This document shows, one piece after another, positions 1-11,446 of a stretch of 64,000 nt of DNA. Each line of letters opens with the position of its first letter. Position 1 is the first letter of the stretch. The stretch spans positions 12,214,001 to 12,278,000 of the forward strand of contig OZ024760.1 in NCBI GenBank assembly GCA_964016885.1, written 5' to 3'. The notes beneath the pieces were generated by a model. That model was not told where the DNA came from. It searched no databases and was given only the letters and a program-made list of their open reading frames with translations. Position numbers and translations under genes: made by a program. The DNA comes from Eledone cirrhosa. Taxonomy: Eukaryota.

Positions 1-252
1 TATTAACAGCATGAGAGAGACCGAAGAGAAAAACGTCTGGTCATAGCGAGAACAGGCGCAAAGAGGGAGCGACGAAGAGGGAAAACGGGAGTGAGAAAAC
101 GGAAGAGAATAAGTGAGTGGCGGAGAGAGGGAAAGGGACAGAGGAGGGAGGAAAAGAGTTAAGCTAAAAAGGCAAAACTTAAGTCCAAAACCAGAATTAA
201 AAACAAGTGAGATAGGGAGAATAGAACGGAGGTCACAGCTATAAATAAATAA

Positions 253-300
<48 letters not shown>

Positions 301-687
301 TAAAATAACAGATTTGGATTTTAGTCTTCATCATTTATTATTATTACTATATATAAAAAAATATATATATAAAGTAAAGCATGTCCATAGAATTATTTGA
401 TAATATATATACATCATTTCTTCTCCCAATTAGCATAATTAACCACACAAAAAATCAATTAGACCAGGCTATAAGTTTAAAGGCACCTATGAAGAAACAG
501 TAAATAAATATACGATAGCAGCATCTTCAAGGCCAACCGCTATAGAATATTTACCCAACATTTCAACAGCACGTGGAAATTAATTAAATATACGGTCAAC
601 CATACACAATTAGGTATAAAATTAAAGTAAGAAATGCTTATATACATACCAGGATTAAATCACTAAATCCCGACCCATATCCTGGTC

Positions 688-721
<34 letters not shown>

Positions 722-1424
722 GACCATGACCTCTGGTGTCATGCAGTAATACAGAAGACCCGACTCCCCACGAGCCGAAGCTGAAGCATATAGACAATAT
801 GCCCCCACTTCAAAGTGGTCGTGGAAGTGTCACGACAAAAAGCACCCGGCCCACACTGTAAAGTGGTTATGTAGGCGCCACAGGAAAAAAGCACCCAGCA
901 CTCACTGTAAATCAGATTGGTGTTAGGAAGGGCATTCAGCTGTAGAAATCAAGCCAGAATCAGTTCCTGTATGAGCAAGGAACTAATTCTGGTCAGCAAA
1001 CCAAAAATTTCCCACAACAGGACAACCAGTCTAACTGATGCTAGTGTGGAAGAACGGACGTAAAACAGTGATGATGATGATATATATCATCATCATCATC
1101 ATTGTTTAACATCCATCTTCCATGCTAGCATGGGTTAGACGGTTATGTTCCATTTGATACGGGAATGGTCGGGAGATTGTGTCTCGCTCGTATGGAAATG
1201 TCTCTGGCAGGTTTTTCACAGCTGTATGCTCTTCCTAACACCAACCACATTCACAGAGTGGACTGGGAGCCTTTGTACCATGTCTCCTACACGACCACCT
1301 TACAGTGTGTATATATATATATATGGTATATATTTTTCAGGTCTTGTCTACTGGCATAGTATGGAATATTACAAAGTTGCAGAAAGTGTTTTGTTTTTGT
1401 TTTTTTAAATTTAATTTTAATTAC

Positions 1425-1534
1425 CCAAACATATGGAGTTGTAAGATTCGATATTCTTGATGAAAAATAAATAATACATTATTTCATCATCTTTATCAGC
1501 TTCCGTTATTAGTGTATTTGCCTCTTCACAATAC
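1425..1534 (-). CDS. STAND-TPR gene, coding exon 5 (YCEEANTLITEADKDDEIMYYLFFIKNIESYNSICL); gene probably continues downstream
   Basis: Acceptor ttttgttgtctccacag and donor G|gtaatt; 110 nt; phase 2 in, matching the previous exon; open frame. Confidence 0.7.
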
Positions 1535-2507
1535 CTGTGGAGACAACAAAATAAATAATTACTTTATCAAATGTAACAATGTCAGAATGATAAACACGCA
1601 AACATATTTATCTTTATTTGATCTCGCATTACATTCAGATAGATTTGAAGATCTGCTCAGCCTACAACAACAAATACTCTCGGGTCCCTTTAGCATCTAA
1701 ACCGGCCAGAATCATCTCACCTCTTTCTGTTCAAACTGGCCATAATCAGTTGTTCATACTGATGTTAAGGTATTGCTCTCAAAATAAATAACATCAAAAT
1801 CACGTAGCTTTGATATTACAAGAGTAAACATACAGCAATGTAAATGTTAAAGGGTTAAATTCTTATAGGTGTGTGTGAGGGGGGGGGGGAATCAGTAACT
1901 GTACAGTGTAGGGTCGTAAATATGGGATTTCGTATAATGTTCTTTTTTTGTCATATATAATGGGGTTTTTTAATGTAAAATAAAATTATTATTAGATTCT
2001 CCAGCTGCTGTATTGATATGAATCACTTACAATAACATTTTTGCTGGAGATAGATTAGCAAAACTTAACAAGGAAGAAGAGGTGGGAAGGGGGTGGGGTG
2101 GGATTATTCAAGACATGAGAGTATATGATACTAATAATGGTTTCAAATTTAGGCACAAGGCCAGAAATTTCTGGAAGGGAGAGTCCATTATATTGATACT
2201 TGGCAGAACGAAAGGCTATGTTGATCTCAAACTGGTAAGATACAGAACAAACATAACAAAACCTTTTGTTCAACTTTCTATTGATTCTGTTAATCCACGG
2301 CTCTTAGAAATGGTAGGAACAATAATTTCTAAGATGGTCACACAATAACTGTCAGCGACTCAAGTCGCCGATAGAGTAAAGACCCCTTAATAGCGTCAAG
2401 GGAAGAAGTAATTCATAAAAAAAAAAGGTGAAGGATGCAAAAGGTATCAAAATAGTGTTATTTCTTCTCTAAAGCAGACATATTTTCATATTTTCAGAAC
2501 ATCTTAC

Positions 2508-2655
2508 CCATCAGCTTCCTCGTGTTTACCTTGCCAATAGCAGCAGAGGGCTAAAGCATTATAGGCAACGACACATTTCAGTTTCCTTCCCGTCACCTTG
2601 AAGGTCTCTAGAGCATTCTTACAGTGTTCTGCACCTTCATCCAGGTTACTGTTAG
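2508..2655 (-). CDS. STAND-TPR gene, coding exon 4 (TPR-like: AYNALALCCYWQGKHEEA)
   Basis: Acceptor cttttgctctaaaag and donor GG|gtaag; phase 1 in, phase 2 out; TPR-like helix pattern. Confidence 0.8.
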
Positions 2656-3183
2656 CTTTTAGAGCAAAAGAGGAAAAATAATATAACACATATCATCATC
2701 ATCATCATCATCATCATCGTTTAATGTCCATATTCCACGCTTGCATGGGTTTGATATATATATATAAAAGAAAATTTTCGCTCTACATGGCTGAATACAA
2801 TAAATGTAATCTGAGTTTTTCAAATATTAATAATAACATTCGATTCGTTTGTAATTATGCAAACAAGCCTCAATTTTATAGCCATGTCAGTAGAATGAAC
2901 CCTTCATTCTTGCTCTTGTGTTGGCATGCGAACAGAACTGCAGACACTAATGCTTCTGGGTATCACCCTTCATCAGTACAGCTCACTGTTCACCTGCCAA
3001 ACTGTCGGGGCTAGTGAAAAGATATGCTATTTCCTAAAATACACAGTGACTGATCGGCCTGATTTGCATATTAGCAGACTGGCTGATCAATCAGATCTGC
3101 ATAACAGTTTACGTGTATGTATGTATGTATATATGTATGTATATATATACGTATGTGTATATATGTATGTATATATATATGTA

Positions 3184-3301
<118 letters not shown>

Positions 3302-3648
3302 CACATATATATATATATATATATACACATACACACATATATATATATATATATACACATACATATATATATATAGCCTTCATGGTGGCCTGGTGGGAGA
3401 TACCCGAGATGGTGGAGGTCCTGGTTTGGGGTTCAATCCTGGTCATGAGTTAAAATGATGAAAAAATTACGAAAGGGAATACAGACTGTGAGAACATGTT
3501 TATACAATAAGCTCCCATGTACGTTTCGCCCCAAAAGGGCTTCTCAAGGGCATACAATGCAAGAAAGTGTTCAATACAGAACCCATATATATATATATAT
3601 ATACAATGATATTAAATAAATGGAAACTATATTTATAAAACCATATTT

Positions 3649-3709
3649 ATTTTATTATATATATTTCAAGGGTACCAAAACACTTTGGTACGCTTTCTTC
3701 AGATAAAAT
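3649..3709 (-). ncRNA. Type I hammerhead ribozyme motif (family A)
   Basis: Minus strand: attttat-CTGAAGA-aagcgtaccaaag/ttttggtaccctt-GAAA-tatata-TA-ataaaat; stems I, II and III pair. Confidence 0.7.
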
Positions 3710-3839
3710 ACAAAATTTGTTTTATAAATAGAGACATACCCAGGAAAATCATACCTTATCAGTTGGATATTCTCTGAATATATATATATATATATAATAT
3801 CTCTCTCTCGCTCTATATATGTATATATATCTATATCTA

Positions 3840-4545
3840 CAAAATACATCAAAAGCTCTGCAGTAGGTCTCAAGATGAACCGCATGAAAACGAAGTTCAT
3901 ACGGCAGTCCGACAACGTACCAACAGGTCGAATGGCGGTTGGTGGTGATGAAATAGAGGAGGTGGAGGAATACGTCTACCTAGGACAAGAAGTGAACATG
4001 TGCCGAGACATTGAGAGGGAGATCTTGCGGAGAGTAAGGGCCGGACGGAAGGCGTTCAACGGCATAAGGGATTTGCTCAAGGGGAGGTTGGACAAGACCA
4101 CCCGTGCCAACCTCTTCAATAGCACAGTTTTACCTGCAATGTTATATGGCAGTGAAACTTGGGCTACAACGAAGAGAGAAGAGCAGAGGCTGGTAATGGC
4201 TCAAAGAGCCATGGAGAGATCAATGCTAGGAATCTTGTTGAGAGAGCACATCAGGAGCGAAGTCTGGCGTGAGGGATGTCATCGCGGAATATATGCGCAG
4301 CAAGTTCAGATGGACTGGACACGTCGCCTGGTTCACCGATAATCGGTGGATCCGCGTAGTTGCCGAGTGTTAACCGCGCGAGCGCAAATGACCACTCGGA
4401 AGGCCTCCACGATGGTGGAGTTACGATTTTAGGAATACGATTGGGACATGGATGAGGAAAGCACTATCCAGAGAGGAATGGATGGCGTGCTGTGACCAGC
4501 GGCGCCGAATGGACGCCCGACAGACTGGTCGGTTAAGGTGATGAA
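3840..4545 (+). mobile_element. 5'-truncated RTE-clade LINE fragment (RT C-terminus and 3' end)
   Basis: Translation EEYVYLGQ...LPAMLYGSETW...RAMERSMLG; frameshifted at the 3' end. Confidence 0.85.
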
Positions 4546-4617
4546 GATTATCTATATATATATATATATATATCTACATCTACATATATATATTTATTTA
4601 TTAAAATAACAGATTAA

Positions 4618-4824
4618 CCCTTTAATGTTCAAACCGGCCAGAATTCTCTACTTCTGTCTGTTGAAACTGGCTGTAACTGGTCGCTCAAACTGATGTTAAG
4701 GTATTGTTCTCAAAATAAATGCTTTCAAAATCTCATAGATTCGATATATGAGATAATTATACGAGGTAAACCCTTTATCAGGAAAATATAATAGTATATA
4801 TAGATTAATGTGAATGCTAAAGGG
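4618..4824. mobile_element. piggyBac-like MITE
   Basis: TTAA-CCCTTT...AAAGGG-TTAA termini; related copies at ~1686-1857, 6010-6152 and 30580-30660. Confidence 0.8.
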
Positions 4825-4999
4825 TTAAAGTTTAAGCAAAGAATCGATGCTTTCACCTTTAACGGGATCTTCTAAAACAGTTTCTGAAGATCCCGTTAAG
4901 GGTGAAAGCAGCAATTTTTTTGCTTAAACTTTAATCTGTTATTTTAATAAATATTTGCTCTATGGTTTTATATATTTTGATATATTATCCTTATAACAT

Positions 5000-5067
5000 C
5001 TCTGTCTGACGACCGATCCAGACGTATATTATTATCGTTTGTGATCCAGAAACCTTTGGTAATGGAG
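5000..5067 (+). ncRNA. Hammerhead-like motif (family B)
   Basis: ctctgt-CTGACGA-stem II-GAAA-cctttgg-TA-atggag; base of stem II non-canonical. Confidence 0.55.
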
Positions 5068-5385
5068 TAGTTATATTTTGTGTTGTTCACTTTCTAATTA
5101 AATAGCTCTGTTCTATACATAGAGCACTCTTTTTTCCTTTGGAATTACCTAACATATATATATACACTATATATGTGGTGAGGGAAATGGTAGTAACATT
5201 GTCAAAGAGAACAGTCAGTGGTACCCATAGCATCAGTTCCTTCTACTCATGAGGGCCCTTTGTCAGATGAGATGCCTTCCCTACCTTGATTTTAGTTTGG
5301 TCAGTTTGATGACCCAAAGCACCACAGGTTTTTGATAGAATAAAAAAAAAAAAGAAAAAATATATTAATATAAACATAAAATTAC

Positions 5386-5539
5386 CTGAGCTTGTTATTA
5401 TAGATTTACCCATCCACAACTGTATTGACACCTTTTGACTCTGACTTCCACTGTAGCAAGATTCATCATAACACATTCGGTAAAACTCAGTAGCTTCCCT
5501 TGGGTAGAAACCTATAGCTTGAGATATCATTTCAGCAAC
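5386..5539 (-). CDS. STAND-TPR gene, coding exon 3
   Basis: Acceptor ccctcgaaatag and donor G|gtaat; 154 nt, phase 0 in, phase 1 out; VAEMISQAIGFYPREATEFYRMC... Confidence 0.75.
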
Positions 5540-5611
5540 CTATTTCGAGGGTAATGAATGAAAAAAGAAATGGAAAAGAGGCTAGATGAAGAAACACAAA
5601 AACTACAATAA

Positions 5612-5822
5612 CAGTTTCTGATTTAGGCACAAGGCCAACAATTTAAAGGGAGGGGAAAGTCAATTAAATCAACCCCGGTGCATTACTGGTACTTTATTTT
5701 ATCGACCCCGTAAGGATGAAAGGCAAAGCTAACCTCAGCGGGATTTGAACTCAGAATGTAAAGGGACATAACTCTGTGTCATAATGCATGTTTTTCCGAT
5801 GCTCTACTGACTCTACTGCCAA
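5612..5822 (-). mobile_element. tRNA-derived SINE family A copy
   Basis: Shares gagttcaaatcccgc...ctttgcctttcatcc...ggggtcgataaaataaagtaccag...gctggccttgtgcc with more than 10 other copies in the window. Confidence 0.85.
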
Positions 5823-6240
5823 ACCATAGCCAATAAAGGCCAGCAATTTGAAAGGAAGAAGAAGTCAGTTATATCAAACCTAGAAGTATCAAAGGAAAAG
5901 TAGATTTCAGCAACATTCAACAAAAATAATTTCTAATTTTTGAGGAAGGAGAATGATGATTATATTGAGACCCCAGTATTCAACTGGTAAAGACCTTACC
6001 TCACATAATATTAAATCTATGAGATTTTGATACTATTTATTTTGAGAACACTACCTTAACATCAGTATGAGTGACCAGTTACAGCCAGTTTGAACATAAA
6101 GAGGTGAGAGAATTCTGGCCAGATACAGCCGGTTTAAATGCTAAAGGGTTAAGGAGGTTATGTATCCAATCACTTATAGCAGTGCCCTGAAATGGATGTA
6201 CTAATTTGCCTATTATTAGCATTGATGTTGGTAATATATA

Positions 6241-6425
6241 CAGGTTGTTTCAAAAAATTAGATATCATTTGAGATGTAAATATCCCAGAAACTACAAATG
6301 TTGAGCAACATAAGATAAGATTTATTCTTCAAAATTTGTCAGCATTATAACAATAACTCACAATATATTAATGTGACAACTTTGGAGACAGGTAATTGAT
6401 ATCAACCTTTTTTTGAAAAACCCTC
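6241..6425. mobile_element. Tc1/mariner-like MITE
   Basis: TA-caggttgtttcaaaaaa ... ttttttgaaaaaccctc-TA imperfect TIRs. Confidence 0.55.
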
Positions 6426-6611
6426 TACATTAAGTAAAATGGGCAGCTCTGTACCATAAAATCACAGCTGTTTCATGTGAGAAACTATCAAAAGGGTTAA
6501 TGGATGGAACAGATTGCCAAGATGACAGTCCTTGTTCACATACTGAGTAGGGTGGAGCTTGTCAAATTCGACCAAGGAAACATTTCCATTAGTAATTCCA
6601 CTGTTGATACT

Positions 6612-6873
6612 CAGGGCCAGATTTAATGGGGGGCAATTGTGGCCCCAGTCTTCTGTAGTGGAGGGCCCCACCAGCGACGGCTCTAGCAATTTATTGGTGC
6701 TTTCAGATGGGCTTTTTAGTTTTAGGATGGTTAGAATTTTTTAAATTTAATATCTGTATGTATAATTTTTCAATTGATCTGTTCTGTAAAATTGGAGGGT
6801 GGGTGCTGTGTATTCTAATATTTTGTGTATGAGGGGTCCCCCAAACCTGAAGTAACCTGTAAATTCAACCCTG
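6612..6873. mobile_element. hAT-like MITE
   Basis: TIRs cagggccagattta / taaattcaaccctg; 8-bp TSD ttgatact/ctgatact. Confidence 0.7.
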
Positions 6874-7080
6874 CTGATACTATCTATCCGGTTGCAACTC
6901 CTGGCAAAAAGAGCAATGTGAAATAAAGTGTGTTGCCCAACAACATATCACATCACCTGGTCCAAGAATCAAATTTGCAACCTTATGATTGTGAACCCAA
7001 TTCTCTCACCACTAAGCCACATGCCTTGTACAAAGTCCAAAGACGAACAATAGGAAAATGAAATCAAAATAACGTCTTAC

Positions 7081-8043
7081 TTGATACAGGTCTTCAAATG
7101 TTTGGAAATGATTTAATCTGTGAAAGGTATTCTCAACATGGTTTTGCAGCATATTCTTTGGAAGTTGAAGCTGGCCGGTTTTAAAATCAGAGTATACTTT
7201 GGAAAGAAAGGTGGGGATTTTCCCCACTAATGAGCGTTTTATTTTCTCATTACAAAAGAAATATCTTACAATGTATAGTAGGCTAAAAGTTTCATTTTCA
7301 TTTTCAGTCAGTAATCCAGAGTTTTTGATGCGACAAAGATAGTCCGACGTTTTAGATCTTTGTTGACAAAGATAGTCCGACGTTTTAGATCTTTGTTGAC
7401 AAAGATAGTCCAACATTTTAGATCCTTGTTCAACAATGTCTTTCAAGGCATGATAGTCAAACTGGATAGGTAAAGCAGACAACCAGGTCAACATACATTG
7501 CAAATAATATGGAGTCCTTGCCATGATATCTTCAAAACATTTGAAGAATTCATTTGGAATATCAAATTGCTGAAGGAAATCTTGAACAAATAGTGGGTTG
7601 CTGAACGAAGACAGGTTTGTAGCCAAGTTAATTAAAAGTGTAGGAAAGCCACAACTTTTGTAAATTACGCTATCAATAGCCTCCTGGCTGCAGTTAATGG
7701 AAGGTGAGAGTAATTTACTCTCAAAGAGCTCCTTGGATTTTGATTTATCCAATGGAAGAATTTCAAAAACTTTACAATCAATGCCCTCAGATCGTAATAA
7801 TTGTGTGAAATTAAAGCCTTGATATATGAGAACACATTTGATATTTTGACGTGAATCCTGTGCATGGCCAATGAATTCAAAGATCCTCTTCTTGGAGGAG
7901 TCAGATAAATTGTGAGCATCGTCGAAAATAAATACTTGATCATTTATACTCAATAAGCTGGGATCCAATTTTATTTCATCACCTTGGCTACAGGTATAGT
8001 TTTGGTATTTGAGACTTTGTGGTTGCTTCTTATCTCTCTGAGC
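7081..8043 (-). CDS. STAND-TPR gene, coding exon 2 (NB-ARC-like NTPase: Walker B, GxP motif, winged helix)
   Basis: 963-nt open exon; acceptor ttttcttgtag, donor CAA|gtaag; motifs VFIFDDAH, FEILPLDKSKSKELF, CGFPTLL, LSALPIQFD. Confidence 0.88.
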
Positions 8044-8329
8044 CTACAAGAAAACAATGACATATATATATATATATATATACATGTATCTCATGTTATT
8101 ATTTTTTTACACTTTTCCTACGTTTTTTTACATTCTCTACGTCTCATTCTACATTTCCTCTTACATCTCTCTCTCATTACCACCCGTTACTCGGACATTT
8201 ACTCATCTGCATTTTTGAGACTTCCAAAATGACTATTTTTAATATTCCACAATGCTTCAAACAAATTTTAACACTCTCATATATATCAAAGCGAAACCTA
8301 CAGTCAGTAGGCCCCTCTTAACCAAATAT

Positions 8330-8695
8330 ACACCCCAATCCACTACCCCTACCCTATCCTCCCACCAACACCACCCCCTCTCTGTAAAGTAGGTACCACA
8401 ACATCCAGTCCAAATAAATGAGATAATGAGATCGAGGTTGTGTAGGTGTCATGACAAAAACACACAGTCCACGCTGTAATGTGGCCGTGTAGGTAACACG
8501 GTAAAATGTTCCCAGTTCCACACTGTAAATGTGGTTGGTGTTAGGAAGGGCATCGAGCCGTAGAAAACCTGCCAGATAGTCCTATGCGAGCAAAACATGG
8601 TCACCCGACCAACCTGGCCTCAAGTGGGACAACTCCCGTCTAACCCATGCTAGCGAGGAAGATGGACATTAAACGATGATGATGATGATGATGAT
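8330..8695 (+). mobile_element. RTE-tailed SINE-like repeat (family C)
   Basis: Similar to 16262-16625, 17904-18255, 36361-36660 and 50101-50335; ends in (GAT)n. Confidence 0.7.
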
Positions 8696-8933
8696 ATAAG
8701 GGATGTCAACATGAATGGACCTGTTATTTTTATCTAAAGACATTTTTTCAAATTCCACCCCACCTGTCCCTTCAATCTATCTTATTTCTCATTCTTTCTT
8801 CTGATGAAGGACTAGCGTCCAAAACGTTAATACCCTCTTTCTGCTATTAGCGTTAACCTAATATATTAGCGTTAACCTAATATATTCCTTCCATATACTG
8901 TACCGATTGTGTTGTTATTTCTGTTTACCTTTT

Positions 8934-8968
<35 letters not shown>

Positions 8969-8981
8969 GAGAGATAGATAG

Positions 8982-9012
<31 letters not shown>

Positions 9013-9059
9013 TATATATTTACATATATACACAAATATGTACATACATATATGGTGTA

Positions 9060-9290
9060 GGGCCTGCTGTTCACCTCCCTCTCAAAGACTCTCCACACAA
9101 AATAGTCGAGAGGATTACAATGTGGTGATGGGACCAGTAGTACGGCACGTTGGTGAAGAGCCAGTCCTGGCTGCTGACAGATTCCTGTTGAAAGGCATAG
9201 AACCTCCCATTAGCCATGTTGTCCCTCCAGGGCTTGACGTACCTGTGTTGGGGCCTCACGGAGCTGCTGGCTCCAAAGTGAAGGCTTCAT
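9060..9290 (-). mobile_element. Degraded mariner/maT transposase fragment in intron
   Basis: VKPWRDNMANGRFYAFQQ..QDWL resembles VKHWIDQVAAGRPYVWQQD of the element at 54.6-55.6 kb. Confidence 0.55.
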
Positions 9291-9354
9291 CCGTAGTAAA
9301 ATGGAATAGAGAAAGAAATAGACAATCCCCAACAACAATAGAAGCAACACTCAC

Positions 9355-9486
9355 CAGATGTAGTAATTCCGTTTTACCAACGTTGCACCATCCATATATC
9401 TGAATGACATGTAAGTGTGGATCAACAAGAGCAGCTAAGATCTCATTATATATCTTCCCATGATGTTTGTAAAATAATTCAGACAT
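9355..9486 (-). CDS. STAND-TPR gene, coding exon 1 with Walker A (IYGWCNVGKT); exon acceptor at 9504
   Basis: ttctttacag|gctcaagcaagatctaaaATG; donor CTG|gtgagt in phase 0 with exon 2. Confidence 0.85.
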
Positions 9487-9562
9487 TTTAGATCTTGCTT
9501 GAGCCTGTAAAGAATTTAAAGGAAAGTTAGCAAGATTATATAGATCATATGACAACCTTTCT

Positions 9563-9781
9563 AGTGCTGGTACCATGATAAAATACACCCAGTACACTCT
9601 GTAAAGTGGTAGTGCTGGTACCATGATAAAATACACCCAGTACACTCTGTAAAGTGGTAGTGCTGGTACCATGATAAAATACACCCAGTACACTCTGTAA
9701 AGTGGTAGTGCTGGTACCATGATAAAATACACCCAGTACACTCTGTAAAGTGGTAGTGCTGGTACCATGATAAAATACACC
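9563..9781. repeat. 48-bp minisatellite, ~4.5 copies
   Basis: Unit agtgctggtaccatgataaaatacacccagtacactctgtaaagtggt. Confidence 0.95.
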
Positions 9782-10061
9782 GTTTAAGTTTGTTTTTATG
9801 TAATATGTATGCGTAATATATGTAAATAGTTTGTTTACAAATGAGTGCAGAAAGCAAAGAAGAAAATAATGTTTAAGGAAGAAAATATCTAACATCAAAA
9901 AATATATATGTTTACGAAATATTTTCTAATGGTAATAATATAATATATTAAAGGAGATTAGTTAGGGTTTAAGTTTGTTTTTATGTATTGTAATATGTAA
10001 AAGTCAAACGAGCATGAAAGGATATTTGCATTGCTTTATTGTGCTACAATAAAACTCACCT

Positions 10062-10115
<54 letters not shown>

Positions 10116-10260
10116 GGAATACTGTTAGCTTCTCGCTACAACAATTTCTATACCTTTCATATATATATATATATATATATATATCCAGACAGCCTCCAAA
10201 AGTAATGGTTGTATTTTAAAAGGGTACGTCAAAGCTATTTGTAAAACTGTTATATATTGT

Positions 10261-10323
10261 ATTTTGTCTGATGAAGGCATACCATAATTTAATGTGGTAT
10301 CCCTGAAATATGTATAATGAAAT
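10261..10323 (+). ncRNA. Type I hammerhead ribozyme motif (family A)
   Basis: attttgt-CTGATGA-aggcatacca/tggtatccct-GAAA-tatgta-TA-atgaaat. Confidence 0.75.
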
Positions 10324-10363
10324 AAATATGGTTTTATAAATATAATTTCCATTTATTAATATC

Positions 10364-10424
<61 letters not shown>

Positions 10425-10463
10425 TGTGTGTACGTATAAATATATATATTTATATATACTCAC

Positions 10464-10700
10464 ACTTGGTGTATCGTTACGGTTAACTCAGTGCCAGGGA
10501 CAGACAGCTACAGATTGAATTGAAGTGCGAGAAAGGGTTCCGAACACTCTAAGAGAGTCACTGTCATAGATTAATAGGGTTTGTGTTTGAGTGGATAACA
10601 TTAACTTACTTAAACTCGAGTCTGACTTGCTTCTCAGGCAGTTGCTGTGAATTTCAATCGAAGTTCTCAAGATCAAAGTAATTATTGAAAGACAGCAACA
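10464..10700 (-). other. Candidate 5' (largely non-coding) exon of the STAND-TPR gene
   Basis: Unique sequence ending in a gtgagt donor at 10463; CCAAT-like site near 10710; no frame is open through to the donor from an ATG. Confidence 0.35.
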
Positions 10701-11074
10701 AGTGCGGCCGATTGGTGAACTGATGGTCGTTTCTATTTCACTTTTCCTTTCTTCTTTCTCTCGCTCTGGTCATATATTTTGGTCCGTGTGCTTTTCCCCG
10801 AGGTTCCTAGCAATAGTCAATTGTTATTTCTCATTTATGTTTATCGAAATAATATGTCGAATACCATTTATAAAACTGCCAATGAACAAAAAATATTTGT
10901 ATATATTGTACTGTTTATATTTTCATTCTGAAGGAACTTATCCACTTGTGTTGATATAAGTGATGCTATGACTCTCCTCTAAGCATTGTGTCATTATATA
11001 TGTCATTATAAACGTGCATAAAATGTTCATTTCGTTTACATATATCGAATATTATGTTACACCTATTAATACGG

Positions 11075-11400
11075 TTAGAGAGAAAAGGTAGGTGGATAAT
11101 CAACACCAGTGTCGGGTTGGTACTTTATGTATAGGCCTGATACGCGATGGGTCCCACCCACAGCCCCGGCGCACAGAATGGAGAAGGCGTTTCTCCGGAG
11201 CACGGCAAGGGAGACGCGCTGGAAAAGCCACTCCAACTCGCGGTGCTCACACCTGCGGCTGGCCAGCTCAGCGCCTATGGTGGTGAGTAAGGAGGTAGCC
11301 CCAGGGCCGAGGACACCAGAAGTCTCCACTGCCAAGGGTCCGACCGCAAACCTGTCGGAGAGCGACCGGTATTTGAAGAGTTTGGCCTCCTCACAGAACT
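11075..11400 (-). mobile_element. 3' fragment of a CRE-like non-LTR retrotransposon (restriction-like endonuclease tail)
   Basis: EEAKLFKY...PLAVETSGVLG...LFQRVSLAVLRRNA pattern. Confidence 0.75.
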
Positions 11401-11446
11401 AGATTGAAAAAACAACAACAAAACCTACAGCCATCTCATATTCCTT

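Noticed and set aside
1-240. Purine-rich segment possibly from a Penelope-like ORF (also the pyrimidine-rich 8100-8290)
   Set aside because: No diagnostic motif visible
455-486. Possible last exon of the STAND gene (GAFKLIAWSN*)
   Set aside because: The acceptor is plausible but the peptide is short and uninformative; it cannot be distinguished from chance
9545-9898. Repetitive hydrophobic ORFs as the N-terminus of the STAND protein
   Set aside because: They arise from the 48-bp minisatellite, open in several frames; a good acceptor lies at 9504
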